Shown in pieces: positions 10,533-20,732 of a stretch of 64,000 nucleotides of DNA. The translations under genes and the position numbers were made by a program. The number at the start of each line of letters is the position of its first letter. The stretch's first letter is position 1. The notes under the pieces are model-generated. The model saw only the letters and a list, made by a program, of their open reading frames with translations, was not told the DNA's origin and did no database searches. Source of the stretch: Candidatus Omnitrophota bacterium (lineage in GTDB: Bacteria > Omnitrophota > Gorgyraeia > Pluralincolimonadales > Pluralincolimonadaceae); contig JAQUPL010000001.1 of the NCBI GenBank assembly GCA_028716565.1, forward strand, positions 280,479 to 344,478, in the 5' to 3' direction.

Positions 10533-10659
10533 ATCCTTCTCTCCTCTATGTTGAAATGTGGTTAAGGTACTTCGCCTATAGTAATAGACGAAGCCTTGAG
10601 TGATTTTCTTTCAAAAATCTTTCGGTTGGCATCAAATTATTAGATTAATTATACTTTTT

Positions 10660-11451
10660 TCAGGCAGGTTTGTAAAGCAAAAGTTGAGCGTTCCGGAAAA
10701 GGATTTTTTCTTTAAGTTCTTCGGATATATCGAGTTCCCGCAAGAAGGCCATGTCCTTCTTCTGCTCGACAATCGGGAAATCAGTCCCGAAAATGAGCCG
10801 GTCCGGGCGATGTTTCAAAAGAAGCTGTTTTGCCTCAACGTCCGGCAGGAATCCGAAGAAGAAAGACGTATCGAGGTAGATATCCTTGCCCAAGAGGTGC
10901 TCTTTGACCTCATCCCACAGCCGGAACCCGCCGAAGTGCGCGCCGATGATCTTAAGACGCGGGAACCTCTCTTTGACCTTAGAGATCCGGGAAGGCGACG
11001 AGCGAACCTTCATTGTGCCTGAGAGTTCCTCTCCGCAATGGAATAGGACAGGTATACCGAGTTTCTCCATTTCTCCGTAGATAGGCAAGAGATGCTCATC
11101 ATCGACGTAGAAATCCTGGAATTCCGGCTGGAACTTGATCCCGTCGCCCTTCTCGTTGATCCTTTTGAGCTCGTCTTTCCAGTTATCATACGCCGGGTGC
11201 ATCGCGCAAAAGACCTTAAGCCTCTCGCTCCTGGTCTCAAAAAGCCAGTCGTTGATGGCGATGACTTGAGTCGGGCGGGTCGCCACGGCGCATATGACGC
11301 TTACGTCTACGCCGTTCTTATCCATATACTTTAGGAGGTTCCCGACGGTGGGATCGCAAACCATCTTCACCCCGAAAAGCCGCTCGAGGCTATCCCTTGC
11401 TTTCGCCGATACCTTCTCCGGCCAGGCGTGGGTGTGAAAATCGATTATCAC
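10660..11451 (-). CDS. Amidohydrolase-2 family metal-dependent hydrolase (TIM barrel)
   Basis: 263 aa; IDFHTH...H...D motif pattern of the amidohydro_2 family. Confidence 0.7.
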   Translation of the reverse strand: MIIDFHTHAWPEKVSAKARDSLERLFGVKMVCDPTVGNLLKYMDKNGVDVSVICAVATRPTQVIAINDWLFETRSERLKVFCAMHPAYDNWKDELKRINEKGDGIKFQPEFQDFYVDDEHLLPIYGEMEKLGIPVLFHCGEELSGTMKVRSSPSRISKVKERFPRLKIIGAHFGGFRLWDEVKEHLLGKDIYLDTSFFFGFLPDVEAKQLLLKHRPDRLIFGTDFPIVEQKKDMAFLRELDISEELKEKILFRNAQLLLYKPA

Positions 11452-14400
11452 TGCTTCGCTTTCATCTCCTCGATCTTGAGGTCCTTGAACTCTTTCGGCA
11501 AGACGAATTTTACGCCCTTAGGCGGTTTGGCGGTGCCGTAGATGAAGTATTTGATGGTGTCGCCCTCTTTCTTTATCACGTAGCAGATCTTGCCGTAGGG
11601 CGTAGGCAGGTCCTTGACCTCGATACCCTGGTCAAACCATTCCGGGGCCAGGCCTTCGCCGAGGATAAGTTTGCCGTTATCATCATAGACGAACATCGTC
11701 CGGACCGCGTCGATATAACCCGACCCGACCCATGTATGCGGCATGTCGCCGATATACGAAGGCGTGCGCGGTTTGGCGTATACGACCTCAGCCATATGGT
11801 TCCAAGCGTATGGCCTGGTCGAGTCTTTGGTGAAATACCTTAGCATGGTGAGACCGCGTTCGCGCTGGTCCATCCTGAAATAGGCGTTCGCCGAGCGGAC
11901 CTCGTAAGGAGTGAATGTCCTCTCGTGGCCCGGCTCCATGCCTTTGCTAACGTCGTTATAATACCTGTCGAAAGTATTTTTCAGCAGGTCCTTCGGCATA
12001 TATTCCAGTTCACCTGCCGCCACGATAGCGATGGCCGTCGAGGTCGAGTCGAAGTCGCCCTTCTCGACACATCCCGCGATATAATTAATCTTGTCGCGCC
12101 CAGCGACCAGTTTTATCGAATCGTAAAGGCACTTGCGGAAATCGTCGACTTCCTTCTGCATCCATTCAGCGCTTACCGTATCTCCCATCATGTTCGCGAG
12201 ATAGACCCCGTCCTTGAAGCCTTTAAGCGCAAAGAAATCATCCCAGTAGCTTGTCATCGCGGGATAATAACCTTCGTGGCTGTTGGATTTGGGAAGTATC
12301 CCGTAATACGGCTGCTTCTTCGGGTCCTTCTTGAAATCGTCGCCCATAGTGCGGCGGCGCAGGCTGCGGGTAAATTCCAGGACCTTCACGACTTTCGGAT
12401 AGACCTTCGGCAGGTATTCCTTGTCTCCCGAATAGTCCACATAGTTGCGGACCGCGAAGACGTACTCGCCTTGCGCGTCCCACTCGACGCCCTCGCCCGA
12501 GCCGTTATCATTATTGCCTACGGCATTATCTCCCTCGAAAATAATATACGGGACAAAACCGTTATCCGTAACTTTTGAGGAGAACGCGTCGAGCCATTCT
12601 TTTACCGGCTCAACAACGCCCACCTTCAGGAGCGCCGAGCTCGTCAAACAGCCGTCGCGCATCCATGAATGGCTGTAATTGCGCGAGCCGGGCTTTATCC
12701 ACGGCCCGTCTTTATTTATGAGGATGTAGGCGATATTGGTCTTCATGACATCGATCAGGCGTTTCTCGGGAATATTGATAGTGAAGCGGTTTTCAAACCC
12801 GGCCCACATGGCCGCCTGTTTCTGGAGCTCGGTATCGAAATCCGCGATCGTCCCGTCACCCGGGAACCGGATGATGAAATCCTTTGCCTCTCCCGGTGCG
12901 GCTTTGAGCCCATAAGAAAACCCGGCCGAAGCTGTCCCTTCGCTGCTTTGCGCGGACGAGGAATCAGGCAATCCGCCCTTTTCCATGAAATCGATTATAT
13001 CCCCTGAAGAATAAGGCACCGCCGCCATCTTTACTCCTGCCGTGCCCGAGGCCAATTTGGCCTGTCCGTTTATCAGCAGTCTGGGAGGCACGCATTCCGC
13101 TTTGTTGATCGGGCTGAATCCGCCGTATTGCCATATGGGGTTCAACTGCACCGGGCGCACCGCGAGGTCGAATAACCCGCTGAACGCCTTGTTCCCGGTA
13201 TTCTTGAACCTGTACCTGACCTCCATCGTAGACCCGCCGGCCGAGATCGCCGTGACTTCAAGCGTCCAATCAGCGTGGTCCCACTTTACCGTCGGTATCG
13301 GCAGGTAATCTTCAAGCAGGCTCTGGGTTACTTTGCAATCATTAGCGGTGTAAAGTTTCTTGCCGTCGTAGATAAAGGGCATGACCGAGAAACCGCCCTT
13401 ATATGGCTCAAAACTACCCGTCTCGCTCAAAAGTCCTTCGTCATTAGAATCCGGCGCGCCGACAACCGTCCAGAACTCCTGGATCCTGCGCAGCCACATC
13501 GGATAATAACCTGCCGGGGATTGTTTCGCGAGCGACTGGTAGATCTTTATCGGCGTCGCCTGCTCTTCTCCGCTCTTCGGCTCGAAACTCTTTAGGACGC
13601 ATTCCTTCCCGGTCGCCGATGCGAGGCAGTTCACCCTGAATTCCCTGACAGGGCCGGCCTTAAAATAGATCCAGTTGTCTTTTGACGTATTCTTGTCAGT
13701 CTTGAATACTTCATTCCAGGCCTGTCCGTCAGCCGAGGCCTCAACGGTAAAGGATTTAGGGTAGTTCTCGTCCCATCTCAGGATGATACCGCCCAGGTTT
13801 ATTTTTGCAGGCAGTTTTATATTGGTCTGTGCGCCGTTCCTGGAGACTACCGGCGGCTTATCCCCGTCGAGGAAAGTCACTTCCCAGAGGGAATTGCCCC
13901 AGCCGGTGCCGCGCTGGATGCAGTTAATCTTGAGCGCCGTCGCTACAACCGGGTCAAAATAGATTATGTCGGTGTTACCGTCGCCCTCGGTGGTCTCGTA
14001 TACTTTCTTCCAGTTGCCTGAGGTGCCCTTAACTTCTATATTATATATCTCGGTAAAAGCATTCTCCCATTTAAGGACGACACCGCAAATGTTGTGGGGG
14101 GTGTCGAACTCGGCCTGCCACCACTGGTTGTCCTCGAAATTGCTCGACCAGCGCGACTGCATATTCCCGTCTATGGCCTTGTCGGCGCTGTAATCGTCCT
14201 GGCCGGACGATGAAGTCGCCTTTGCCTTTATCGGGTCAGGCGCGTTAAATTCTACCTCAAAAAAGGAGAAACCCCATTTGGTCGCCCGCTTGATAAGGTC
14301 AAGCTTCACGTAACGGGCTTTGACCGGAGTAAGCTTTATGATCTCGGTCCCGCCGGAACCGTTCTTCTTTTCATAGACTTTTTTCCATGAGGTCTTATCG

Positions 14401-14678
14401 TTGGAGACGAGGATGTCATAATCGCTCCCGTAGGCGGCTTCCCAGGTGAGAGTTATCTTCTTTATTTCGGTAGGTTGGCCGAGGTCGATGATCAACCATT
14501 GGTTATCTTCGAACGTGCTGGACCAACGTGTAGACGGGTCGCTGTCTATGGCGAACTGTGGATTGAGATTCTCTCCGCTTGAAGATGCGGATGCCTTCCA
14601 TTCCGCGGCGTGGGAAAACTGGCTGAAACAGGCAAGAACCGACAAAACCAGGACAAAACCGAGCTTTTTACCGGACAT
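11448..14678 (-). CDS. Large secreted protein: signal peptide, three F5/8 type C (discoidin) domains, C-terminal (alpha/alpha)6-like glycoside-hydrolase-like domain
   Basis: Likely start at MSGKKLGFVLVLSVLACFSQFSHA (signal peptide), inside ORF 11448..14750. Repeated N/D-x-A-x-D-G-x-x-x-[ST]-x-W-S discoidin signatures; a WMRDG motif in the C-terminal domain. Confidence 0.6.
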   Translation of the reverse strand: MSGKKLGFVLVLSVLACFSQFSHAAEWKASASSSGENLNPQFAIDSDPSTRWSSTFEDNQWLIIDLGQPTEIKKITLTWEAAYGSDYDILVSNDKTSWKKVYEKKNGSGGTEIIKLTPVKARYVKLDLIKRATKWGFSFFEVEFNAPDPIKAKATSSSGQDDYSADKAIDGNMQSRWSSNFEDNQWWQAEFDTPHNICGVVLKWENAFTEIYNIEVKGTSGNWKKVYETTEGDGNTDIIYFDPVVATALKINCIQRGTGWGNSLWEVTFLDGDKPPVVSRNGAQTNIKLPAKINLGGIILRWDENYPKSFTVEASADGQAWNEVFKTDKNTSKDNWIYFKAGPVREFRVNCLASATGKECVLKSFEPKSGEEQATPIKIYQSLAKQSPAGYYPMWLRRIQEFWTVVGAPDSNDEGLLSETGSFEPYKGGFSVMPFIYDGKKLYTANDCKVTQSLLEDYLPIPTVKWDHADWTLEVTAISAGGSTMEVRYRFKNTGNKAFSGLFDLAVRPVQLNPIWQYGGFSPINKAECVPPRLLINGQAKLASGTAGVKMAAVPYSSGDIIDFMEKGGLPDSSSAQSSEGTASAGFSYGLKAAPGEAKDFIIRFPGDGTIADFDTELQKQAAMWAGFENRFTINIPEKRLIDVMKTNIAYILINKDGPWIKPGSRNYSHSWMRDGCLTSSALLKVGVVEPVKEWLDAFSSKVTDNGFVPYIIFEGDNAVGNNDNGSGEGVEWDAQGEYVFAVRNYVDYSGDKEYLPKVYPKVVKVLEFTRSLRRRTMGDDFKKDPKKQPYYGILPKSNSHEGYYPAMTSYWDDFFALKGFKDGVYLANMMGDTVSAEWMQKEVDDFRKCLYDSIKLVAGRDKINYIAGCVEKGDFDSTSTAIAIVAAGELEYMPKDLLKNTFDRYYNDVSKGMEPGHERTFTPYEVRSANAYFRMDQRERGLTMLRYFTKDSTRPYAWNHMAEVVYAKPRTPSYIGDMPHTWVGSGYIDAVRTMFVYDDNGKLILGEGLAPEWFDQGIEVKDLPTPYGKICYVIKKEGDTIKYFIYGTAKPPKGVKFVLPKEFKDLKIEEMKAKQ

Positions 14679-14769
14679 CTTCCCTCCTAAAGTTGCATCC
14701 CCCTGAATGTTATACAATAATACATTAACATATCTCCCAATGCAAGCCATTTTGTGTTATCATTGCCCT

Positions 14770-16647
14770 ATGGAAAAAACTCCCCTCAGGCTTTCTCTTT
14801 TGGATGAAGATTTCCTGGAAGAACGGGAATGTTTCATGCTCTTCGAGACGAGCCTTTTTGACGGCGAAAATTCGAAAAGCTACATCCTCTTCGACCCGGT
14901 CGATACCATAAAGGTTGACAGGTTCAGTAATGTCAAACGGGCGTTCGAGCGCATAGAGGAGTATTCGAAGGGACACTTTCTTGCCGGATATTTTTCGTAT
15001 GAACTGGGATATTATTTCGAGAAAGCGTCTTTCGCCCCGAAAGATCCCTCTTCACGTCCGCTGATCCACCTGTGTATATTCAAAAATATGATGACCTTCG
15101 ACCACAGAACAGGAATGTTATCGCCCCGTATGCCCGGCCTTTTCACGGAAGAGGCCGGCCGGCGCGATTTTCGCGTCGATAATCCGAGGTTCAACCTTAC
15201 GAAGCATGCATACTTCCGTAAGATATCACGGATAAAAAAACATATTAAAAACGGCGACACCTACCAGGTCAATCTTACCGGGAAATACTCCTTCGGTTTC
15301 TCGGGCAGCGCCTTTTCTTTCTACCGGGACCTCAAGGAAAAACAGAACGTGCCGTATGGCGCCTTCTGCAAACTGGGCGGGGGATATCTCCTCTCGCTAT
15401 CCCCCGAACTCTTCTTCAGGAGAGACGGCAATACCATATACTCCAGGCCGATGAAAGGGACGATCGGACGAGGCGCGAATATGAAGGAGGACCGCAGCAG
15501 GATATCGGAGCTTAAACACAACGCCAAGGAAGTCGCGGGAAACCTGATGATCGTCGACCTGATACGAAACGACCTGGGAAAGATCTCAAAGGCCGGCAGC
15601 GTCAAGGTATCTTCGCTCTTCGACGTAGAAAAATACAATACCCTTTTCCAGATGACCTCTACCATAAAAAGCGTTTTAAGGGACGACGTGACCTATTTCG
15701 ATATATTCAGGAGCCTCTTTCCGGGGGGGTCTGTTACCGGCGCCCCCAAAATAAGGACGATGCAGATAATAAAGGATCTCGAGAAAGCCGACAGGAAGGT
15801 CTACTGCGGCGCGCTCGGCATCATCTTTCCAGGAAATAAAGCGGTCTTTAACCTGCCTATCAGGACGATATCCATATCGCGCGGGAAAGGCAGGGTCCTG
15901 AGCAAAGCGAAGGGCGAGATGGGCGTCGGCGGAGGGATAACAGTCGATTCCGACCCGGAGGAGGAATACCGCGAATGCGTCCTAAAGGCCAGGTTCCTCA
16001 CGGAAAGGCACAGCCCTTTCTCTCTTATCGAGACGATGCTGTGGGACGGGAAATTCAAGTTCCTGGACCGGCATCTCGGAAGGATGCGCGATTCGGCCGC
16101 GTATTTCGGGTTCGTTTTTGACCGCGCGAAGATAACCGGTAAATTGAAAAGCGCCCGGAAGGCCTTTAAAAGGGGTTTTCAATACAGGGTGCGGGTCTTG
16201 ATGCCTAAAGACGGCGAAGCAACTATAGAAGCCTCGAAGATCGAACGGAACCCGGGGCGCTCCGCAGCGCCTGTCGCGGTCTCGGGATCAAGGACTGATC
16301 CCGGCAACTTATTCCTCTACCACAAAACGACAAACAGGGGACTTTACGACGCTGAATATAAGCGTCATCGTGCGAAAGGATATTTCGACGTCATATTTCT
16401 TAATACGCAAGATGAAGTGACCGAGGGCGCCATAACAAACATTGTGGTAAAGAAAAACGGGAGATTTTACACTCCCCCTCTCTCCTCCGGCCTTCTGCCC
16501 GGCGTCTTCAGGGCATATTTGATAAAAACCGGCCGGGTGAAGGAGAAGAGGATATTTTTGGATGACCTGCGTAAAGCCGATAAGGTATTTCTTTGTAATT
16601 CGGTCCGGGGGCTCGTTGAAGTCAAATTGACTTCTCCCTGTCCTTAA
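14770..16647 (+). CDS. pabBC: Aminodeoxychorismate synthase component I fused to aminodeoxychorismate lyase (class IV aminotransferase fold)
   Basis: Chorismate-binding domain (SLSPELFFRRDG...GGSVTGAPK) followed by a class-IV aminotransferase-like C-terminal domain; likely start at MEKTPLRL (ATG 14770). Confidence 0.8.
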   Translation: MEKTPLRLSLLDEDFLEERECFMLFETSLFDGENSKSYILFDPVDTIKVDRFSNVKRAFERIEEYSKGHFLAGYFSYELGYYFEKASFAPKDPSSRPLIHLCIFKNMMTFDHRTGMLSPRMPGLFTEEAGRRDFRVDNPRFNLTKHAYFRKISRIKKHIKNGDTYQVNLTGKYSFGFSGSAFSFYRDLKEKQNVPYGAFCKLGGGYLLSLSPELFFRRDGNTIYSRPMKGTIGRGANMKEDRSRISELKHNAKEVAGNLMIVDLIRNDLGKISKAGSVKVSSLFDVEKYNTLFQMTSTIKSVLRDDVTYFDIFRSLFPGGSVTGAPKIRTMQIIKDLEKADRKVYCGALGIIFPGNKAVFNLPIRTISISRGKGRVLSKAKGEMGVGGGITVDSDPEEEYRECVLKARFLTERHSPFSLIETMLWDGKFKFLDRHLGRMRDSAAYFGFVFDRAKITGKLKSARKAFKRGFQYRVRVLMPKDGEATIEASKIERNPGRSAAPVAVSGSRTDPGNLFLYHKTTNRGLYDAEYKRHRAKGYFDVIFLNTQDEVTEGAITNIVVKKNGRFYTPPLSSGLLPGVFRAYLIKTGRVKEKRIFLDDLRKADKVFLCNSVRGLVEVKLTSPCP

Positions 16648-16663
16648 CCTATAATAGACCATT

Positions 16664-17896
16664 ATGATAGCCGAAATAATCTCTATAGGCACCGAGATTC
16701 TCCTTGGGCAGATACTGAACACTAACCAACAGTGGCTCTCTTTGAAACTCGCCGAACTGGGGATAGATGTCTATCACCAGTCTACCGTAGGGGATAACCC
16801 GGAACGTTTGGGCCGCGCGATACGGCAGGGGATGCTCCGCTCGGATATCGTGATAACTACCGGCGGACTGGGCCCTACCGTAGACGATATCACCCTCGAG
16901 GCGATATCGCGCGCGATGCCGAAAAAACTCATCTTTCACAGTGCGATAGCCTCTAAAATAAAAGCTCATTTCGGGAGCCAATGCCTGAATATGCCTTCCG
17001 GAAACCTCAGGCAGGCGCACATCCCCGAAGGAGCGAAGATCTTCGGGAACGATGTCGGCACCGCCCCGGGCTTCCTCGTCGAACAGGACGGAAAAATGCT
17101 GATAGCCCTTCCCGGGCCGCCGCGCGAATTAAACCCGATGTTCGAAAGATACGCAATGCCTTACCTGAAAAAGAAAGCCGGACCTGGCCGGGTAATGAAG
17201 ATCCGCACGATAAACATAACCGGCCTGGGCGAAGAGGCCGTAGACCTTAAAGTAAAAGACCTGTTAAAAAGCCCGCCGCCGGCCACTGTAGGCATTTACG
17301 CCAAACCGGCTTTGATAGAATTAAAGATAACGGCGAAGGCGAAAAATGAAAAAGCCGCGAAGACCCTGATAGACAGGATCGACAAAAAGATCTCCGCGCG
17401 GCTGAAAGGTTATGTATTCGGCCGCGATAATGAGACCCTAGAGGGCGCAGTGGGAAAGATCCTGGCCGCAAATGCAAAAACGCTCGCAATAGCCGAATCC
17501 TGCACCGGCGGGCTTATCTCGACCAGGATCACCGATATCCCTGGAAGCTCGAGATATTTCAGGATGGGGGTCGTCGCTTACTCGAACGACGCGAAGATAT
17601 CCCAACTATGCGTCTCGCCCGGCACAATTTCAAAATATGGGGCAGTGAGCCGCCAAACTGCCATAGAAATGGCAAAAAACATCAGGGATATCTCAGGGGC
17701 GGATATCGGACTTTCTGTCACAGGGATCGCCGGGCCCGGCGGCGCCACAAAGGCAAAACCGGTCGGGCTTGTCTATATAACTCTCGCCATGCCGGGAAAG
17801 ACTATCTGCAAGGTATTCCGTTTCAGGGGCGACCGGGAAATGATCAAATTCAGGAGTTCGCAGGCGGCGCTCGATCTTCTCAGAAGATATCTGTAG
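16664..17896 (+). CDS. cinA: CinA family protein (MoCF-like domain plus PncC NMN amidohydrolase domain)
   Basis: 410 aa; MIAEIISIGTEILLGQI N-terminus and the C-terminal CinA domain. Confidence 0.85.
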   Translation: MIAEIISIGTEILLGQILNTNQQWLSLKLAELGIDVYHQSTVGDNPERLGRAIRQGMLRSDIVITTGGLGPTVDDITLEAISRAMPKKLIFHSAIASKIKAHFGSQCLNMPSGNLRQAHIPEGAKIFGNDVGTAPGFLVEQDGKMLIALPGPPRELNPMFERYAMPYLKKKAGPGRVMKIRTINITGLGEEAVDLKVKDLLKSPPPATVGIYAKPALIELKITAKAKNEKAAKTLIDRIDKKISARLKGYVFGRDNETLEGAVGKILAANAKTLAIAESCTGGLISTRITDIPGSSRYFRMGVVAYSNDAKISQLCVSPGTISKYGAVSRQTAIEMAKNIRDISGADIGLSVTGIAGPGGATKAKPVGLVYITLAMPGKTICKVFRFRGDREMIKFRSSQAALDLLRRYL

Positions 17897-19406
17897 AGCC
17901 CTTCTTCCCTATATCCTTCACAAGGCAGACTTGGTCCTTCCCGTGTTGTTTTGCCCAGTATAAGGCGTCGTCCGCCTTCTTGAACAGCTGCTGCTGTGTT
18001 GTGCCGTCATCCGGATAGACGGCGATGCCCATACTTATGGTGAAAGAGATGGATTTACCGTCGACCTTTATCTCTTTGGCCTTGACCGCTTCCCTCAGCC
18101 TTTTTCCTACGGTGACGGCATTGCCTGTATCGGACCTGGCTAGAAGGACGACAAACTCATCCCCGCCGTACCTGCCTATCGCGTCCACGGGCCGGCCTTT
18201 GACATCGAAATTACGTATATGCACCTTTAGGATGTCCGCCAGCGAGGTTATTATCATGTCGCCCGCCTGATGGCCATAGAGGTCGTTATACCTCTTAAAC
18301 CCGTCGATATCGATTATGATAAGGGCGAATTTCTCTTTGGACCTTACGGCCCTCTTTACTTCTTCATCGAGGCGAGCGAGAAAAAAATTATGCACATAGA
18401 GGCCGGTGAGGCTGTCGCGGATGGAAAGCTCTTTCACCTCTTCGTATAATCTAGCTTTTTCTATCGTGATCGCCGCCTGGTTCGCTAGTATATCGATACT
18501 CTCCCGCTCGTCTTTTGTTATCGGCTGCTGGCTGAAGATATTATCTACCACAAGCACGCCTATCCTGGCGTTCTTCACCATCATCGGGACGTAAAGGAAC
18601 ATGCCTTCTGTCCCCTGCGCCCCGGGAACCGGGGGTGGCCCTTCATCGAACAGGCTGTCAACTATCGTGTTAACGCCTCTTTCGATCCGGTAATGTTCCA
18701 TTTCTATAGGCCTGGCGACTTTCCTGATATCGGCGCTGGCGACTCCTTTCAAGATATTCTCTTCCTTATCAATTAAATAGAGTTTTGCCCTGTCGAAATG
18801 CAGCACCTCGACAGCGCTCTTGAGGATTATCGAAAGCACGTGACTTAATTCCAGGGTGCTGGCCATGGCCTCGCTTATCTTGGAGAGGGCCAGGAGCATG
18901 CTTATCTTCCGCAGATTGGCGTGAAACACCTTTATGTGCCTTATACCCCTGCTGAATTCCCTGGCGTAGTCGCTTAGCATATTTTTTTCTTCGGGTGTTA
19001 TCTTCTTCTTGCTGGCCAGTTTATCCGCCATAAGGAACCCAAGTTTATAATCCGCGGTAATCAGCGGCAGGCATATCTGCAGACCGTCGTCCCATATTGC
19101 GGAATCGCTCTTTCCGAGGAATACATCGACCAGCATCCCGCCGCCATCGTCCTTTACGGGTATCCTGCTCTCTCCGGCTATTATCCCCTTTCCCCTCATC
19201 CGTGCCTGATAGCATTCCAGCGAGTTTGTCGTCTCCTCGTAGAGGAATATATAGACGGCGTCGAAACCGATATCTTCGAGAATAGACTTAAGCCCCGCCT
19301 TGAGGGTTTGGTCCAGCCCGGTCTCAAGCTGGAAGAATACCCTTACCGAATCCTGCAGGATCCTGAGGTGATCTTGTAATTTTTCTCTTCCGATCTTCTC
19401 TTCCAC
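17880..19406 (-). CDS. GAF-GAF-GGDEF diguanylate cyclase
   Basis: 508 aa; RYGGDEF active-site motif and two N-terminal GAF-like domains. Confidence 0.85.
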   Translation of the reverse strand: MEEKIGREKLQDHLRILQDSVRVFFQLETGLDQTLKAGLKSILEDIGFDAVYIFLYEETTNSLECYQARMRGKGIIAGESRIPVKDDGGGMLVDVFLGKSDSAIWDDGLQICLPLITADYKLGFLMADKLASKKKITPEEKNMLSDYAREFSRGIRHIKVFHANLRKISMLLALSKISEAMASTLELSHVLSIILKSAVEVLHFDRAKLYLIDKEENILKGVASADIRKVARPIEMEHYRIERGVNTIVDSLFDEGPPPVPGAQGTEGMFLYVPMMVKNARIGVLVVDNIFSQQPITKDERESIDILANQAAITIEKARLYEEVKELSIRDSLTGLYVHNFFLARLDEEVKRAVRSKEKFALIIIDIDGFKRYNDLYGHQAGDMIITSLADILKVHIRNFDVKGRPVDAIGRYGGDEFVVLLARSDTGNAVTVGKRLREAVKAKEIKVDGKSISFTISMGIAVYPDDGTTQQQLFKKADDALYWAKQHGKDQVCLVKDIGKKGSTDIF

Positions 19407-19416
19407 CGAGCCCGTC

Positions 19417-20673
19417 CTATAATGATAAGATATAATTTACCTGGTCGGCGTATCTGCGCGCCTCGGAAGCCAGGTACTTTTCGTTATACTTCCGGGTTTT
19501 TATCGCGTCGATGAGGTTCCCGAAAAACTCGGTTATAATGAATTCGACCCCGCCCCAGAAATCTATCTGCCTGTAGCTCCTGCCGTATTCGCTGTAAGTC
19601 TGTTTCAGGACCTTCTCCTGATCGGTCTCCCCGCGGAAGATCTCGGAGAATGGCTCGATGCCCGCGGGCAGTGTGCCTATAGACTTATACAGGTTGACCT
19701 GCGATTCATTCGAGGTAAGGAATTTCATGAAGAGCCAGGCCTCATGTTTATTCGCCGAATAGTTCGATATCGCCAGGTTGCTTCCTCCCGCGAAACTGAA
19801 ACGTCCGGCCGGCCCGGAAGGGAGAAAAGCCACCCCGAACTTATCGATTATCTCCGGCGACGCGCGATTTGAGGACGTCCCGAAGAAACCGGGGATGTAA
19901 TCTGCGGCGACGAACGCGCCGGCTATGCACATGGCGTATTTTCCGGTAATAAAAAAATCATGCCCCGGATATGCCGGGACTTTCCTTTCCCGGACCGGCG
20001 CGTAATCCCTGTTCATCAGGTCGAAGTAGAACTTTATCCCCCTCAGGGCCTCTTCCTTGTCAAAGGCCGCGGCAAGGCCGTCTTTTGAGAGGTAATCCCC
20101 TCCTGACGACCATATCCAGGGGACGGTATCATGGACAAGCCCCTGGTCTTTTATGTCAGAAACGCCGAGGACCCCAATAGGCCCGTTGCCGTGGTCATAC
20201 CCCTTGAGGACCGAGCATGTCTTTTCGAAAAGTTCCCATGTTGAGATATCGCCGGCTGAAAGATTGAACTTCTTGAACATATCTTTCCTGTAGAAGAGCA
20301 TCCTGGTCTCGGCGCCCCACGGGATGGCGTGTATCAGCCTTGTCGTTTCGTCCTCACAGGTAGCCCACGAGACGGGATGGAATTTGTTCTTCAGCCTCTC
20401 TTCAGAGGCCTCTGAAGTAAGGTCAGCTAATGAGCCTACGGATGCGAGGGTCTTCGTCCAGGTATTCCCTATCTGGAAGATATCCGGCAGCTGCTTGGTC
20501 TTGGCCGCGAAAATTATTCTTTTCCACGCCTGGGTCCAGGGGATTATCGAGAGGTCTATCTTTATTCCGGGGTGGGTCCTCTCAAATTCTTCTATCTCTT
20601 TGTCCATCATCGGGCCCGTGTCGACGCCGCCTATGGGCATGACCCAGAATTTGAGAGATACGGGATTTTTCAT
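19417..20673 (-). CDS. Solute-binding-protein family 1 fold protein lacking a signal peptide
   Basis: 418 aa; sugar-type ABC substrate-binding protein fold, but the N-terminus starts directly at the mature-like sequence MKNPVSLKFWVMPIGG; only 41 bp upstream to the divergent thpR gene. Confidence 0.7.
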   Translation of the reverse strand: MKNPVSLKFWVMPIGGVDTGPMMDKEIEEFERTHPGIKIDLSIIPWTQAWKRIIFAAKTKQLPDIFQIGNTWTKTLASVGSLADLTSEASEERLKNKFHPVSWATCEDETTRLIHAIPWGAETRMLFYRKDMFKKFNLSAGDISTWELFEKTCSVLKGYDHGNGPIGVLGVSDIKDQGLVHDTVPWIWSSGGDYLSKDGLAAAFDKEEALRGIKFYFDLMNRDYAPVRERKVPAYPGHDFFITGKYAMCIAGAFVAADYIPGFFGTSSNRASPEIIDKFGVAFLPSGPAGRFSFAGGSNLAISNYSANKHEAWLFMKFLTSNESQVNLYKSIGTLPAGIEPFSEIFRGETDQEKVLKQTYSEYGRSYRQIDFWGGVEFIITEFFGNLIDAIKTRKYNEKYLASEARRYADQVNYILSL

Positions 20674-20694
20674 ATTTAAAATTATACCACCAGG

Positions 20695-20723
20695 TTGATT
20701 AAAGTCAACGCGTAATGTATAAT
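20695..20723 (+). promoter_or_regulatory. Consensus sigma70-like promoter TTGATT-17-TATAAT upstream of thpR
   Basis: -35 TTGATT at 20695-20700, 17-nt spacer, -10 TATAAT at 20718-20723; predicted TSS about 2-3 nt before ATG 20733, i.e. a leaderless message. Confidence 0.5.
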
Positions 20724-20732
20724 CTCAGTCAA

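Noticed and set aside
10533-10659. SOS/LexA box upstream of recA
   Set aside because: Only a weak imperfect palindrome (CTTCGTC-N11-GGCGAAG) is present. There is no match to CTGT-N8-ACAG, GAAC-N4-GTTC or other known LexA consensus; without knowing the lineage's LexA motif no call is justified.
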